NCBI GenBank assembly: GCA_947628535.1
Contig: CANRAF010000001.1
Location: 93,120-157,119, forward strand
Direction of reading: 5' to 3'
Length of the DNA stretch: 64,000 bases
DNA from: an uncultured Bacilli bacterium
GTDB lineage: Bacteria > Bacillota_I > Bacilli_A > RF39 > UBA660
The position numbers and the translations under genes were made by a program. A model generated the notes under the pieces. The model saw only the letters and a program-made list of their open reading frames with translations. It did no database searches and was not told where the DNA came from. This document shows, one piece after another, positions 53,220 to 63,801 of the stretch (position 1 is its first letter; the number at the start of each line of letters is the position of its first letter).

Positions 53220-54778
53220 TGAAGAAGAACAATTTATTTAAAGCTGTGGGAATAGTAATTCTAGTTTATATCCTGATGTCTTGGATTGTACCTGTTATTT
53301 ACAATCTTACAGGGGCTGAAGGAGATGTTTCATATCAAATAGGACTTGTTTCTATATTTTCAGTTATTTTAGAAACTTTTTCTGGATTTGGAACAGTTGT
53401 ATTATATGTTCTTTTAGTTGGAGCATTCTATGGAGTGCTTAAAGTAACAGGAGCATATGATAAAGCAATGGGTCTTTTATCAAGTAAGGCAAAAGGTAGA
53501 GAAAAATTAACTCTTATCAGTATAATTATTGGTATGGCAGTTATCTCTTCAGTATCTGGACTTGATCTTGGACTTCTTATTGTTTATCCTATTTTAATCG
53601 GTTTAATAGTTAAAATTGGATATGATAAGTTAGTTGCTCTTAGTGCTACTTTTGGTGCTACTATCGTAGGTATGTATGGTGCTACTTTTGCAGGAACTCT
53701 ATATGGAGTTAATAGTACTATACTAAACCTTGAAACATTTAGCCAAATTTGGGCAAAAATTCTTTTCTTTGTACTAGGTGTGGCAGGACTTATTATTTTA
53801 GTTCTTACATATTCTAAAAAGAATAAACTTGGTACTAAGAAAGTTGTTAAGGCTGATGCAAAAAAGGCTACTACTGTTAAAAAAGAAACAAAGGCAAGTA
53901 GTTCTAAAACAAGTAGTAAAAAAACAAGTTCTAGTAAAACTACAAAAAAAGCAGCTACTAAATCTAGTGCTAAAAATGCAAAACCTGCTAAGGTTAGCGA
54001 AGATGTAAGTACTAGCAAAAAAACTGCTAAAAAAGAAGGTAGTGGAGTTGCTGCACTAATTGTTATTGGAATTTTATTCTTATTAATGTTCTTAGGAACA
54101 ACAAGTTGGGAAAGTATTTTTGGTTCTAATTTATTTGCAACTTTCCATGATAAATGGACTGCATTTACAATAGGTGGATTTGATGTTTTCAATAAGCTAT
54201 TTGGTGGACTTGGAGCATTTGGTACATGGACTGACCCAATGAGATTCCAAACTTATTCAATGCTCTTAATTTTTGCTATGATTGCAATTGCAATTATTTA
54301 TAGAACAAAAATTGCTGATTGTTTTGAAGGTTTTGTTGATGGAATTAAATCATTTGTTGTTCCAGCAATTTTAACTATTCTTGCATGCAGCGTATTTGTA
54401 TTTATTTACTATAACCCAGTAATAACTCCAGTTACAACATTGTTACTTGAAGCAACTGATAAATTTAATGTTGCACTATCTGGAATTTATACTATTATTA
54501 ATAGTGTATTCTATGTTGATTACTATTATTTAGCATATTCAACACTTGCAGGAATGCCTTCATTATATGAAGATGCATCAATTCTATCAATTATTAGTGT
54601 AATGTTTACTAACTTATATTCATTAGTAATGTTAGTTGCTCCAACAAGTGTATTATTACTTGTATCACTTTCTATTAGTGAAGTTAAGTACACTGACTGG
54701 TTTAAATTTATTTGGAAACTTGCTTTAGCATTATTAGTTATTTCATTTATTGTTTTCACTATAATGTTATTAGTATAG
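53220..54778 (+). CDS. YfcC/AbgT-superfamily membrane transporter with a Lys/Ser/Thr-rich low-complexity insertion
   Basis: GTVVLYVLLVGAFYGVLKVTGAYDKAMGLL resembles the YfcC core (GTAVGIIMFMLVIGGAFGIVMRTGTIDNGILAL). Central insert KKVVKADAKKATTVKKETKASSSKTSSKKTSSSKTTKKAATKSSAKNAKPAK. RBS AGGAGGT precedes the ATG at 53220. Confidence 0.5.
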
Positions 54779-54794
54779 TAGACTTAGAAAAAGG

Positions 54795-54822
54795 CACATG
54801 TAGTTGTGCTTTTTTTGTGCTT
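54795..54822 (+). terminator. Rho-independent terminator
   Basis: GCACA-TGTAGT-TGTGC hairpin followed by T7. Confidence 0.6.
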
Positions 54823-54881
54823 TACTAAGAAAAAGAAATGAGTTATAATAAATGTATAAGAAACTAAAGGAGTGAGTCCAA

Positions 54882-57846
54882 ATGAAGAAAATAATGTCTG
54901 GGGGGGGGGTTATATAAAAGAAAAATAAAATATATAACATCTCTAATAATAACAGTAGTAGGACTACTGTCTTTAATGGTGGGAACAAGTTATGCAATAT
55001 TAAAAGGAGAAGCAGAAAGTAAAGAACAGCAAGTAATAAAAGCAGGAAGTGTAGAGTTAGAACTAAAAGAATATTATGAAAGTATGAATAAAGGAATAGA
55101 AGTAAAAGAAGATAAAGATGGATTACTTGGAGAACCATATAAATTTAGTATAAAGAACATAGGAAGTGAAGTAGCAAAATATGATGTAAAACTAGTTAAT
55201 GAAGCAACAGAAAATAAAATACTAGATAAATATATAAAGATAGGTCTAGAAGTCAATGGAGAAGAAATGGGACCAATGAATATAGAAGAAGTAAAGAAAA
55301 TAATAGATAGTAATATAATAAATGAGAAAGAGATAATAAACTATAGTTTAAGGATATGGTTAGATAAGGAACATGAAGAAGAGATATTAAAAATAGAAGA
55401 TGGAAAAGCAATATTGAAAATAGAGGTAGAAGCGAAACAAAGAGAATATGAAGAGAACTTAGATAAAAGTGGGGCAAATAAACCAGTGTTATCAGATTCA
55501 ATGATACCAGTATATTATGATAGTAAGAAAGATGTATGGAAGAAAGCAGACAAAGAAAATAAAGATTATGAATACAAATGGTATGATTACAATAATAAGA
55601 TGTGGGCGAATAGTGTAACATATGATCATACAAAGTTAGCAAATGAAAGCAAAACAAAAATAGAAGGAAAGACATTCAATGGAACAAGTGATTATATAAA
55701 TATGGGATATGCAAATAAAGAATTAGGAAATCAAATAACACTAGTTGCAAGATTTAAGGCAAAGGAAATTAAGAATGCAGTAATAGTTGGAAATGTACAA
55801 CATGCAGGAAGTAATATATATTTAGATAACAATAATTACATAAAGTTTGATATATATTCACAAGAGAATGAACATTATGTTGGAGCAGATTCAAAAATAG
55901 TAGCGGAACCAGACAAATGGTATACAGTGGTAGGAACATATGATGGAGTAACTATGAAGTTATATGTTAATGGAGAATTAAAAGGAACAAAAGAAACAAC
56001 AGATAAAATAAAACCATCACCAATGCCAATAACAATAGGAGCAAATCCAGAGACTAATAATAAATATACAGATTATTTCAGTGGAACAATAAGTGATGCA
56101 TTAGTAATAAAAGATGCAATAGATGAAAATACAATAAAGAAGAATTATTCAGGAGAAGTAAATCATATAGATAACAAAAATCAATTATTCTATTCAAAAT
56201 TTGATAATAAAATAGGAAATATAAATGAAGCACAATATACAAATGAGGGAATGACATTTGATGGAGAAAATGACTATGTAAATGTAGGACTTGCTAATTA
56301 TGACTTTGGAAATAATATAACCCTTGCAGCAAGATTTAAAACAAATTTGTCAAACAATACTTCAAGTCAAGATATAATATCAAACATAGATTCATCAGGA
56401 GCATATATAAATGTGAATTCAAGCAATGTTATAGATTTTGCAGTATATTCACAAATAGAACAAAAATATATCCATACTGATATTACAAAGAAAGCAGATA
56501 AAAATGAGTGGTACACAGTAGTAGGAACATATGACGGAAAAAACATGAGAATATATGTAAATGGAGAGTTAGAAGGTACAGCAGAACTAACAGATGCGAT
56601 AAAGAAAACATATATTCAATATTTAATAGGGGCAAATCCGAATAGAGATAAACATGGAGAATACTTTAACGGAACAATAAGTGATGCATTGATAATGAAG
56701 AATGCATTAACAGACGATGAGGCAATTAAATTAAGTAGAGAAGATAATTTTGATGATTATTCAAAAGATGAAAATACGCTTGTATATAATAATTTAAGAA
56801 GTTACGAATCAAGAGCAAATGGAACAGAAATGCCAATGGATATGATATCAACTATGCAGGTGTGGATACCAAGATTTAATGCAATAACTCCATCAAATTA
56901 TAATGGAGGAACTACGGATAATCCAGGACCAATAAATGTAACATTAAAGAATTCAAATCAAAAATCTTTAGATGCCTTTAACTTTGGAGGAAAAGAACTT
57001 TCTGGATTTTGGGTAGGAAAATTTGAAAATAGCGCACCAAATATCCCAACAAAAGAAGATAATACAGAACAAATAGTAATAGTAAAACCAGATGTACAAT
57101 CATGGCATTGGAGCAATATAAAAACATTCTTTAATTCAATGCAACATATGACTAGTACTGGTAATATATATGGCTTTGATAAAAATACAAGTACAGCCTT
57201 AGATACCCATATGATGAAGAATAGAGAATGGGGAGCAGTAGCATATTTAACGCATAGTAAATATGGATTGTGTAAAAATGCAAAATGTAAAGAAATATAT
57301 AAAAATAATAGTGGTGTTAATTATAATGTTAATAGTAACATTATTAACATAAATCCTCCTTATACAGGAAGAAGTAGTGGAGCACCATCAACAGATAATG
57401 ATTATACTCAATATGGGACATATTCATATGATGGATATAAATTAAATGGCAATAATAAAACATCAGAAAGAGACATAAGTAAAGTAGCAAGTACAACAGG
57501 GAATATATATGGAATATATGATATGAGTGGTGGTTTATGGGAATTTGTAATGGGTAACTATAATAATACAATAGGGCAATCAGGATTTACAGAAGAAGAG
57601 TATAATAGTATAAAAGAAAAATATGTAGATGTATATACTGGAACATCATATGATGGTCATGCTTTAAGTGAAACCGCTGGTTGGTATAATGACTATAAGA
57701 AATTCGTTATCTCTAATTATTCTTGGTTTAATCGTGGTGGCGCATATGTAAATAATAATATAGTTGGTTTGTTTTTCTTTTCTAACATTGGTGGAAATGC
57801 TCACAGGTATGGTGCCTCCCGGCTAATTATCTCAAATATAAAATAA
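54882..57846 (+). CDS. Large secreted surface protein: SipW-type signal, TasA-like N-domain, two LamG/ConA-like domains and an FGE-sulfatase (SUMF1)-like C-domain. Frame-shifted at a poly-G tract (phase-OFF as sequenced).
   Basis: The ATG at 54882 with RBS AAAGGAGTG encodes MKKIMS-(G10). With 9 or 12 G it fuses to the 54976 ORF, giving MKKIMSGGGLYKRKIKYITSLIITVVGLLSLMVGTSYA|ILKGE. TasA-like motif YSLRIWLDKEHEE...ILKIEVEAKQ. LamG blocks at about 55670-56160 and 56250-56730 (WYTVVGTYDG...LYVNGEL). FGE-like motifs REWGAVAYL and IYDMSGGLWEF lie toward the C-terminus (about 57220-57545). Confidence 0.7.
54900..54909 (+). repeat. Homopolymeric G10 tract (candidate slipped-strand phase-variation switch)
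   Basis: Ten consecutive G in a roughly 27% GC window. It lies between the signal-peptide start codon and the body of the 956-aa ORF. A -1 or +2 change in length restores the frame. Confidence 0.85.
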
Positions 57847-57918
57847 TAGGTATTTTTGTTGTTTAAAAATATCTTTTTTTTCTCATTATATGAATAGAAT
57901 AGTAATGGGAGGATAAAT

Positions 57919-60201
57919 ATGTTTTCAAAATTTGATGAAGAAGCAAAGAAAGTACTTATTAATATGCAAAAAGAAATGGTTAGTTTGAAACATCCTTATA
58001 TTGGTAGTGAACATTTACTTTTATCACTATTAAAATATGGAAATAGTGATTATATAAAAAAGTTTAAAAATGTTGGTGTTACATATGATGTGTTTAGAAA
58101 TGAACTTATAAAAGTTGTTGGAATAGGAAAAAGTAAGAATGATTTTTACTTGTACACTCCTCTTCTTAGAAATATTTTAGAGGCTGCGAGTATTGATTCA
58201 AGTGATAAAGGCAAAAAATATGTTGATACAAGTGACCTTTTTTTGGCGCTTTTTGAAGAAGGAGAAGGAGTTGCCATTCGCATTCTCGTAGGAATGGATA
58301 TTGATGTAGATAGTTTATATGACGATTTTTATGTTTCGAAAAAAACAAAAAATGTTAAACTTACTGCTCTTAATTTTGGAACAGATTTAAATAAAAAAAG
58401 TTTAAGTGGAGAAATTGATCCAGTTGTTGGACGAGAAAAGGAAATTTCAAGACTTATGGAGATTTTATCTAGAAGAACTAAAAATAACCCTTTACTTCTC
58501 GGAGAAGCAGGAGTAGGGAAAACTGCTATTGTTGAGGAACTTGCAAGAATGCTTGAAAATTCTAATGTTCCTTCGAAACTTTTAGGAAAAAGAATTATTT
58601 CTGTTTCTATGGCAAGTTTAGTTGCAGGTACTAAATATCGTGGAGAGTTTGAAGAAAGACTTGAAAAAATGATAAGAGAACTTGAAGAGAGTGATGAAGT
58701 AATTTTGTTTATAGATGAAATACATACTTTAGTGGGAGCAGGAGGGGCCGAAGGAGCTATTGATGCTTCAAATATATTAAAACCTGCTTTAGCTAGAGGT
58801 AAAATTAAGCTTATTGGGGCAACAACGACTGCAGAATACAAAGAATTTATTGAAAACGACAGAGCACTTTCTCGCCGATTTCAAACTGTAGTCATAGAAG
58901 AACCTAGTAAAGAGGAGACTAAAGATATCTTAAATAAATTAAGACCAATTTATGAAGAATATCATAAAGTTAAAATAAGTGATGAAGTTATTGATAATAT
59001 AGTTTTGCTTTCGGATAAATATATTTATGATAGAAAAATGCCTGATAAAGCAATTGATGTAATGGATGAAGTTTGTTCAAGAGTATCTGTAACACTTTAT
59101 AAAAAGGATAATATTAATGAAATAATTGATAAATTGTCAGAAGTTAAAAATTTAAAAAATGAATCAATTATAAACAATAATTTTACGGAAGCTTTTTTGT
59201 ATAAAAAAACAGAGATGATTCTTGAAGATAAAAAGAATAAAATGGAACTTAAAAGCGTAAATAAAAATTATAAGAAAGTTAAGATAAGTGATGTACTTAA
59301 AATAATTGAAGAAAAAAGTAAGATACCACTTTATAAAGATAATATAAAAATTACAGAGAAGTTTAAAAATCATGTTTCTAATTTAATTTTGGGGCAAAAT
59401 GATGCTATAAATACTTTGTGTGATGTATTTAAGAAAAGAAATTATTCTACTAAATTTAATAAACCAATGTCATTTTTATTTGTTGGACCTACAGGGGTTG
59501 GAAAAACTTTGCTTGCTAAAGAATATGGAAAATATTTTTATGGAGATAATGTTATAAGAGTTGATATGAGTGAATATAGAGAAGGACACTCTATTAGTAA
59601 AATGATAGGTTCTCCTCCGGGATATGTTGGGTATTCTGATAATAAAAATATTTTTGAATTAGTAAAAGATAATCCATATAGTTTAATTATTTTAGATGAG
59701 ATTGAAAAAGGTAGTAGAGAGGTTATTAATTTATTTTTACAAGTGCTTGATGAAGGAGTTGCTAAAAACAGTAAAGGTGAAAAGGTTAATTTTTCTAATA
59801 CTACAATTATTATGACTTCTAATTTAGGGTGTGATAAGAGTAGTATAGGCTTTAATAATAATGTTAACTATGAGGATATCAATAAATTTTTTGGAATAGA
59901 ATTTGTTAATCGAATAGGAAATATTGTTAAATTTAATAAAATTGGTTTGGACACTTGTAAAAAACTTATTAATAGTAAACTTAATAATATTAGAAAGTTT
60001 TATAAAACTAAAGGAATTGCATGTAGTTTTTCAAATAATTTAATGTCTGAAATTTCTGATCTTTGTGAATATGAAAAATATGGTGCAAGGAAAATAGATG
60101 GAATTATTAGTGAAAAAATAGAGGGAGAAATTATTGATAAAATACTACTTGGGAATGATAAAATTAGAATAGATAACGTTTCAAACGAATTAAAAATTTA
60201 A
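57919..60201 (+). CDS. clpC: ATP-dependent Clp protease ATP-binding subunit ClpC
   Basis: Two Clp_N repeats, AAA-1 (GEAGVGKTAIVEELA) and AAA-2 (GPTGVGKTLLAKE). Length 760 aa. Confidence 0.9.
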   Translation: MFSKFDEEAKKVLINMQKEMVSLKHPYIGSEHLLLSLLKYGNSDYIKKFKNVGVTYDVFRNELIKVVGIGKSKNDFYLYTPLLRNILEAASIDSSDKGKKYVDTSDLFLALFEEGEGVAIRILVGMDIDVDSLYDDFYVSKKTKNVKLTALNFGTDLNKKSLSGEIDPVVGREKEISRLMEILSRRTKNNPLLLGEAGVGKTAIVEELARMLENSNVPSKLLGKRIISVSMASLVAGTKYRGEFEERLEKMIRELEESDEVILFIDEIHTLVGAGGAEGAIDASNILKPALARGKIKLIGATTTAEYKEFIENDRALSRRFQTVVIEEPSKEETKDILNKLRPIYEEYHKVKISDEVIDNIVLLSDKYIYDRKMPDKAIDVMDEVCSRVSVTLYKKDNINEIIDKLSEVKNLKNESIINNNFTEAFLYKKTEMILEDKKNKMELKSVNKNYKKVKISDVLKIIEEKSKIPLYKDNIKITEKFKNHVSNLILGQNDAINTLCDVFKKRNYSTKFNKPMSFLFVGPTGVGKTLLAKEYGKYFYGDNVIRVDMSEYREGHSISKMIGSPPGYVGYSDNKNIFELVKDNPYSLIILDEIEKGSREVINLFLQVLDEGVAKNSKGEKVNFSNTTIIMTSNLGCDKSSIGFNNNVNYEDINKFFGIEFVNRIGNIVKFNKIGLDTCKKLINSKLNNIRKFYKTKGIACSFSNNLMSEISDLCEYEKYGARKIDGIISEKIEGEIIDKILLGNDKIRIDNVSNELKI

Positions 60202-60239
60202 TTAATTTTTTATAATTTTAATATAATTTATATAGATAG

Positions 60240-60268
60240 AAAGGTTATTGTAAACCTTTCTTTTTTTT
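60240..60268 (+). terminator. Rho-independent terminator after clpC
   Basis: GAAAGGTT-ATTGTA-AACCTTTC hairpin followed by T8. Confidence 0.7.
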
Positions 60269-60293
60269 GATATAATACAGGCAGGTGATTTAT

Positions 60294-61724
60294 ATGGAAA
60301 AAACAAGAACTAGATTTGCTCCGAGTCCTACAGGATTTATGCATATTGGAAATTTACGTACTGCTATATTTGAATATTTAATCGCTAAAAAAGATAATGG
60401 TGATTTTATACTTAGAATTGAGGATACTGATCAAGAAAGAAAAGTTGAGGGAGCAGTTGATTTTATATATAATACTCTTAATTTATGTGGTTTTAAAATA
60501 GATGAGGGGCCTAATAACGAGGGAAATTATGGGCCTTATATTCAAAGTGAAAGGCTTGATATTTATAAAGAATATGCTTTAAAACTTGTGGATATGGGAA
60601 AAGCTTATTTTTGTTTTTGTTCAGAAGATAGACTTAACGAATTACGTGAAGTTGCTAGTTTAAATAAAGTTCCTTTTATGTATGATGGAAAATGTAAAAG
60701 TATAAGTAAGGAAGAGGCTTTAAAAAGAATTGAACAAGGTGAAAAATATGTAATAAGACAAGCTATGCCTAAAGAGGGCGAAACTATAATTGAGGATATG
60801 GTTTATGGCAAAGTAGTTATTGATAATAGCGTCTTAGAAGATCAAATACTTATCAAATCAGATGGATATCCAACTTATAATTTTGCTAATGTAATAGATG
60901 ATTATTTAATGAAAATTACACATGTAGTTAGAGGAAAGGAATATTTAGACCAAACAGCTAAATATAATTTACTATATGAAGCATTTGGATTTCCTAAACC
61001 AAAATATATTCATGTTGCTATGGTTTTAGGAGAAGATGGGACAAAACTTAGTAAAAGAAATGGTGATGCTTCATTTATGGATCTTTACAAAGATGGTTAT
61101 TTACCTGAAGCAATTGTTAATTATTTAGTTCTTTTGGGATGGAGTCCTAATAGTAATCAGGAAATATTTACTCTTGATGAACTTATTAAAGAGTTTGATC
61201 CAAAACGAATTAGTAAATCTTCAAGTACATATGATGAGAAAAAACTTAAATGGTTTAATGCTCATTATATAAAAGAAATGAAAGATGAAGATTATTTAAA
61301 TTTTGTTAAACCTTTTTTGAGTGATGCTTATGATTTAAGTCAAAAAAGTGATGATTTTATAAGTCATTTAGCACTTATTTATAAAAATCATATTAGTTAT
61401 GGAAAAGAAATAGTAGATGAAGTAAAACTTTTCTTTGAGGATGAAATTTCTTTAAATGATGAATGTAAGGAATTTATGAAAGATTGTTCTATTCCTAATA
61501 CTATAAAGTCATTTAAAGAAGAATTAGAGGGAATGAGTGATTGGAGTGTTTCAAACATTAATGATGCAATAAATAAGGTAAAAGAAAAAACAGGGGCAAA
61601 AGGGAAGATGCTTTATATGCCTATTAGAATTAAGGTATCTGGCAGAATGCATGGGCCAGAACTTGGAGATACTATTTATTTAATTGGTAAAGAAAAAGTG
61701 TTAGAACGATTAAGTAAGGAGTGA
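60294..61724 (+). CDS. gltX: Glutamyl-tRNA synthetase
   Basis: HIGH (MHIGNLRTAIF) and KMSKS-type (KLSKRNG) motifs. RBS AGGTGA precedes the ATG at 60294. Confidence 0.9.
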   Translation: MEKTRTRFAPSPTGFMHIGNLRTAIFEYLIAKKDNGDFILRIEDTDQERKVEGAVDFIYNTLNLCGFKIDEGPNNEGNYGPYIQSERLDIYKEYALKLVDMGKAYFCFCSEDRLNELREVASLNKVPFMYDGKCKSISKEEALKRIEQGEKYVIRQAMPKEGETIIEDMVYGKVVIDNSVLEDQILIKSDGYPTYNFANVIDDYLMKITHVVRGKEYLDQTAKYNLLYEAFGFPKPKYIHVAMVLGEDGTKLSKRNGDASFMDLYKDGYLPEAIVNYLVLLGWSPNSNQEIFTLDELIKEFDPKRISKSSSTYDEKKLKWFNAHYIKEMKDEDYLNFVKPFLSDAYDLSQKSDDFISHLALIYKNHISYGKEIVDEVKLFFEDEISLNDECKEFMKDCSIPNTIKSFKEELEGMSDWSVSNINDAINKVKEKTGAKGKMLYMPIRIKVSGRMHGPELGDTIYLIGKEKVLERLSKE

Positions 61725-63118
61725 TAGTTTTGAGAATATATAATACATTAACTCGTCAAATTGAAGATTTTGTTCCTTATAATGAGGGTGAAGTTAAGAT
61801 GTATACATGTGGGCCTACTGTATATCATTATGCTCATATTGGAAATTTACGTTCTTATATAATGGAAGATGTACTTGAAAAATCACTTAAATTTTTGGGA
61901 TATAATGTTAAAAGAGTTATGAATATCACAGATGTTGGACATCTTTCTAGTGATGCTGACACTGGTGATGATAAGATGGTTAAAGGTGCAAAAAGGGAAA
62001 ACAAAACAGTTGCAGATATTGCTAAATTTTATACAGATGCTTTTTTTGAAGATTTTAAAAAACTTAATATAAAAAAGCCAGAAATAGTTGTTCCTGCAAC
62101 TACATTAATTGATGAATATATTAAAATGATTGAGGTACTTTTAGAAAAAGGATTTGCTTATAAATCTGGAGATAATATTTATTTTGATACCTCAAAACTT
62201 GAAGATTATTATGTTCTTACTAATCACACTAGTGAGGATTTGTATGTTGGTGTTAGAGATGATGTTTATTTGGATGAGGCAAAGAAAAATAAAACTGATT
62301 TTGTTTTGTGGTTTACTAAATCAAAATTTGAAAATCAAGAACTTAAATGGGAAAGTCCTTGGGGACTAGGTTATCCAGGTTGGCATATTGAATGTTCATG
62401 TATATCGCTTAAATATTTAGGGGAATACTTAGATATTCATTGTGGTGGTGTTGATAACATTTTTCCACATCATACTAATGAGATTGCGCAATCAGAAGCT
62501 TATATAGGACATCCTTGGTGTAAATATTGGTTCCATGTTGAACATCTTAATGATAAAGATGGAAAAATGAGTAAAAGCAAGGGAGACTTTTTAACTATTT
62601 CTCTTTTAATGGAAAAGGGATATAATCCACTTGCCTATAGAATGTTTTGCCTTTCATCACATTACAGAAAGCAATTAGAATTTTCTTATGATAATTTAGA
62701 TGGTTTTCAAAAGACTTATGATAAATTAAAAAGAAGAATTGCTAGTTTAAAAACCGAAGGAGATATTTCTTCAGTGGATAAGTATATTAATATGTTTAAA
62801 GAGAATATTAATAATGATCTTAATACTTCAATGATGTTAACAACAGTTTATGATGTACTTAAAGCAGATGATTTAAATGATGCTTCAAAAAGATATTTAA
62901 TTGAAAAATTTGATGAAGTGTTAGGACTTAATCTTTTAACAGAAGATTCAAAGGTTTCAACTCTTGATGAAGAGTTTATTTTAGAAAAAATTAAAGAAAG
63001 AAATAATGCTAAAGAAAACAAAGATTATGTTTTAGCAGATAAAATTAGAGATGAACTTTCATCTTTAGGGGTTAAACTTATTGATACAAAAGATGGAACG
63101 GTATATGAAATTATCTAG
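61721..63118 (+). CDS. cysS: Cysteinyl-tRNA synthetase
   Basis: HIGH (YHYAHIGNLRSY), Zn-binding Cys residues, and KMSKS. The start may be the TTG at 61730 (MRIYNTLTRQ), after GGAG. Confidence 0.9.
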   Translation: MIVLRIYNTLTRQIEDFVPYNEGEVKMYTCGPTVYHYAHIGNLRSYIMEDVLEKSLKFLGYNVKRVMNITDVGHLSSDADTGDDKMVKGAKRENKTVADIAKFYTDAFFEDFKKLNIKKPEIVVPATTLIDEYIKMIEVLLEKGFAYKSGDNIYFDTSKLEDYYVLTNHTSEDLYVGVRDDVYLDEAKKNKTDFVLWFTKSKFENQELKWESPWGLGYPGWHIECSCISLKYLGEYLDIHCGGVDNIFPHHTNEIAQSEAYIGHPWCKYWFHVEHLNDKDGKMSKSKGDFLTISLLMEKGYNPLAYRMFCLSSHYRKQLEFSYDNLDGFQKTYDKLKRRIASLKTEGDISSVDKYINMFKENINNDLNTSMMLTTVYDVLKADDLNDASKRYLIEKFDEVLGLNLLTEDSKVSTLDEEFILEKIKERNNAKENKDYVLADKIRDELSSLGVKLIDTKDGTVYEII

Positions 63119-63129
63119 GAGGAGTTAAG

Positions 63130-63801
63130 ATGTATATATATTTAATGTTAATTATTTCAATTGTTATAACATTATGGGCTCAAATACTTATAAGTTCAAG
63201 ATATAGCAAGTATTCAAAAGTTTTTAATAAACGTGATATTTCTGGATGTGAGGTTGCTCAGGAAATATTAAAAAGAAATGGGCTTGAACATGTTTATGTA
63301 GTGGAAACTAAAGGATATTTAACAGATCATTATGATCCAGGTGCTAATGTAGTTAGACTTTCAAGTGCTGTTTTTCATGGGAAAACCATTAGTTCTGCTG
63401 CAATAGCGGCTCATGAAGTTGGACATGCTATACAACATAAAGAAGGTAATTTCTTTATAAAACTTAGAAAGTTTATATTTCCTGTAGTTAGTATTTGTTC
63501 TAAGTTTGGGTATATTGCAATTATTATTGGACTTATTTTTGGTTCTTTAGATCTTTTCTATATAGGTATTATCATGCTTTTTGCTATTTTGTTTTTTCAA
63601 CTTATTACATTGCCTGTTGAGTTTGATGCTTCAAAAAGGGCTATGGTAAATTTAGAAAAGTATTCTATTTTAGAGAAAAGTGAAAGAAAGGGTGCTTCTA
63701 AGGTATTAGTCGCTGCAGCACTTACTTATGTAGCGGGACTTGTAACTACACTTCTTGAAATTGCAAGACTATTACTTATGGTAGCAAACAATAGAGATTA
63801 A
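63130..63801 (+). CDS. Membrane zinc metallopeptidase (YugP-like, HExxH)
   Basis: HEVGHAIQH zinc motif plus multiple TM helices. Confidence 0.7.
   Translation: MYIYLMLIISIVITLWAQILISSRYSKYSKVFNKRDISGCEVAQEILKRNGLEHVYVVETKGYLTDHYDPGANVVRLSSAVFHGKTISSAAIAAHEVGHAIQHKEGNFFIKLRKFIFPVVSICSKFGYIAIIIGLIFGSLDLFYIGIIMLFAILFFQLITLPVEFDASKRAMVNLEKYSILEKSERKGASKVLVAAALTYVAGLVTTLLEIARLLLMVANNRD

Noticed and set aside
53584-54192. 202-aa minus-strand ORF inside the YfcC-like gene
   Set aside because: Shadow ORF across the K/S-rich insertion. The plus-strand gene has clear transporter homology.
54900-54909. Poly-G tract as a pure sequencing artefact
   Set aside because: Cannot be excluded without reads. 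However, its position is exactly at the junction between a well-formed RBS/ATG/signal-peptide start and a long ORF lacking its own RBS. A -1 change restores the frame, so a biological contingency locus is the better explanation.
54770-55675. Minus-strand ORFs 54770-55138, 55074-55256 and 55253-55675 (L/S/H-rich)
   Set aside because: Antisense shadows of the purine-rich 5' region of the large plus-strand surface-protein gene. Low-complexity composition.
57847-57918. CtsR operator upstream of clpC
   Set aside because: No GGTCAAA-N-A-N-GGTCAAA heptad repeat is present, and no ctsR/mcsA/mcsB genes precede clpC here.
58329-58841. 170-aa minus-strand ORF inside clpC
   Set aside because: Shadow of the highly conserved clpC AAA-1 domain.
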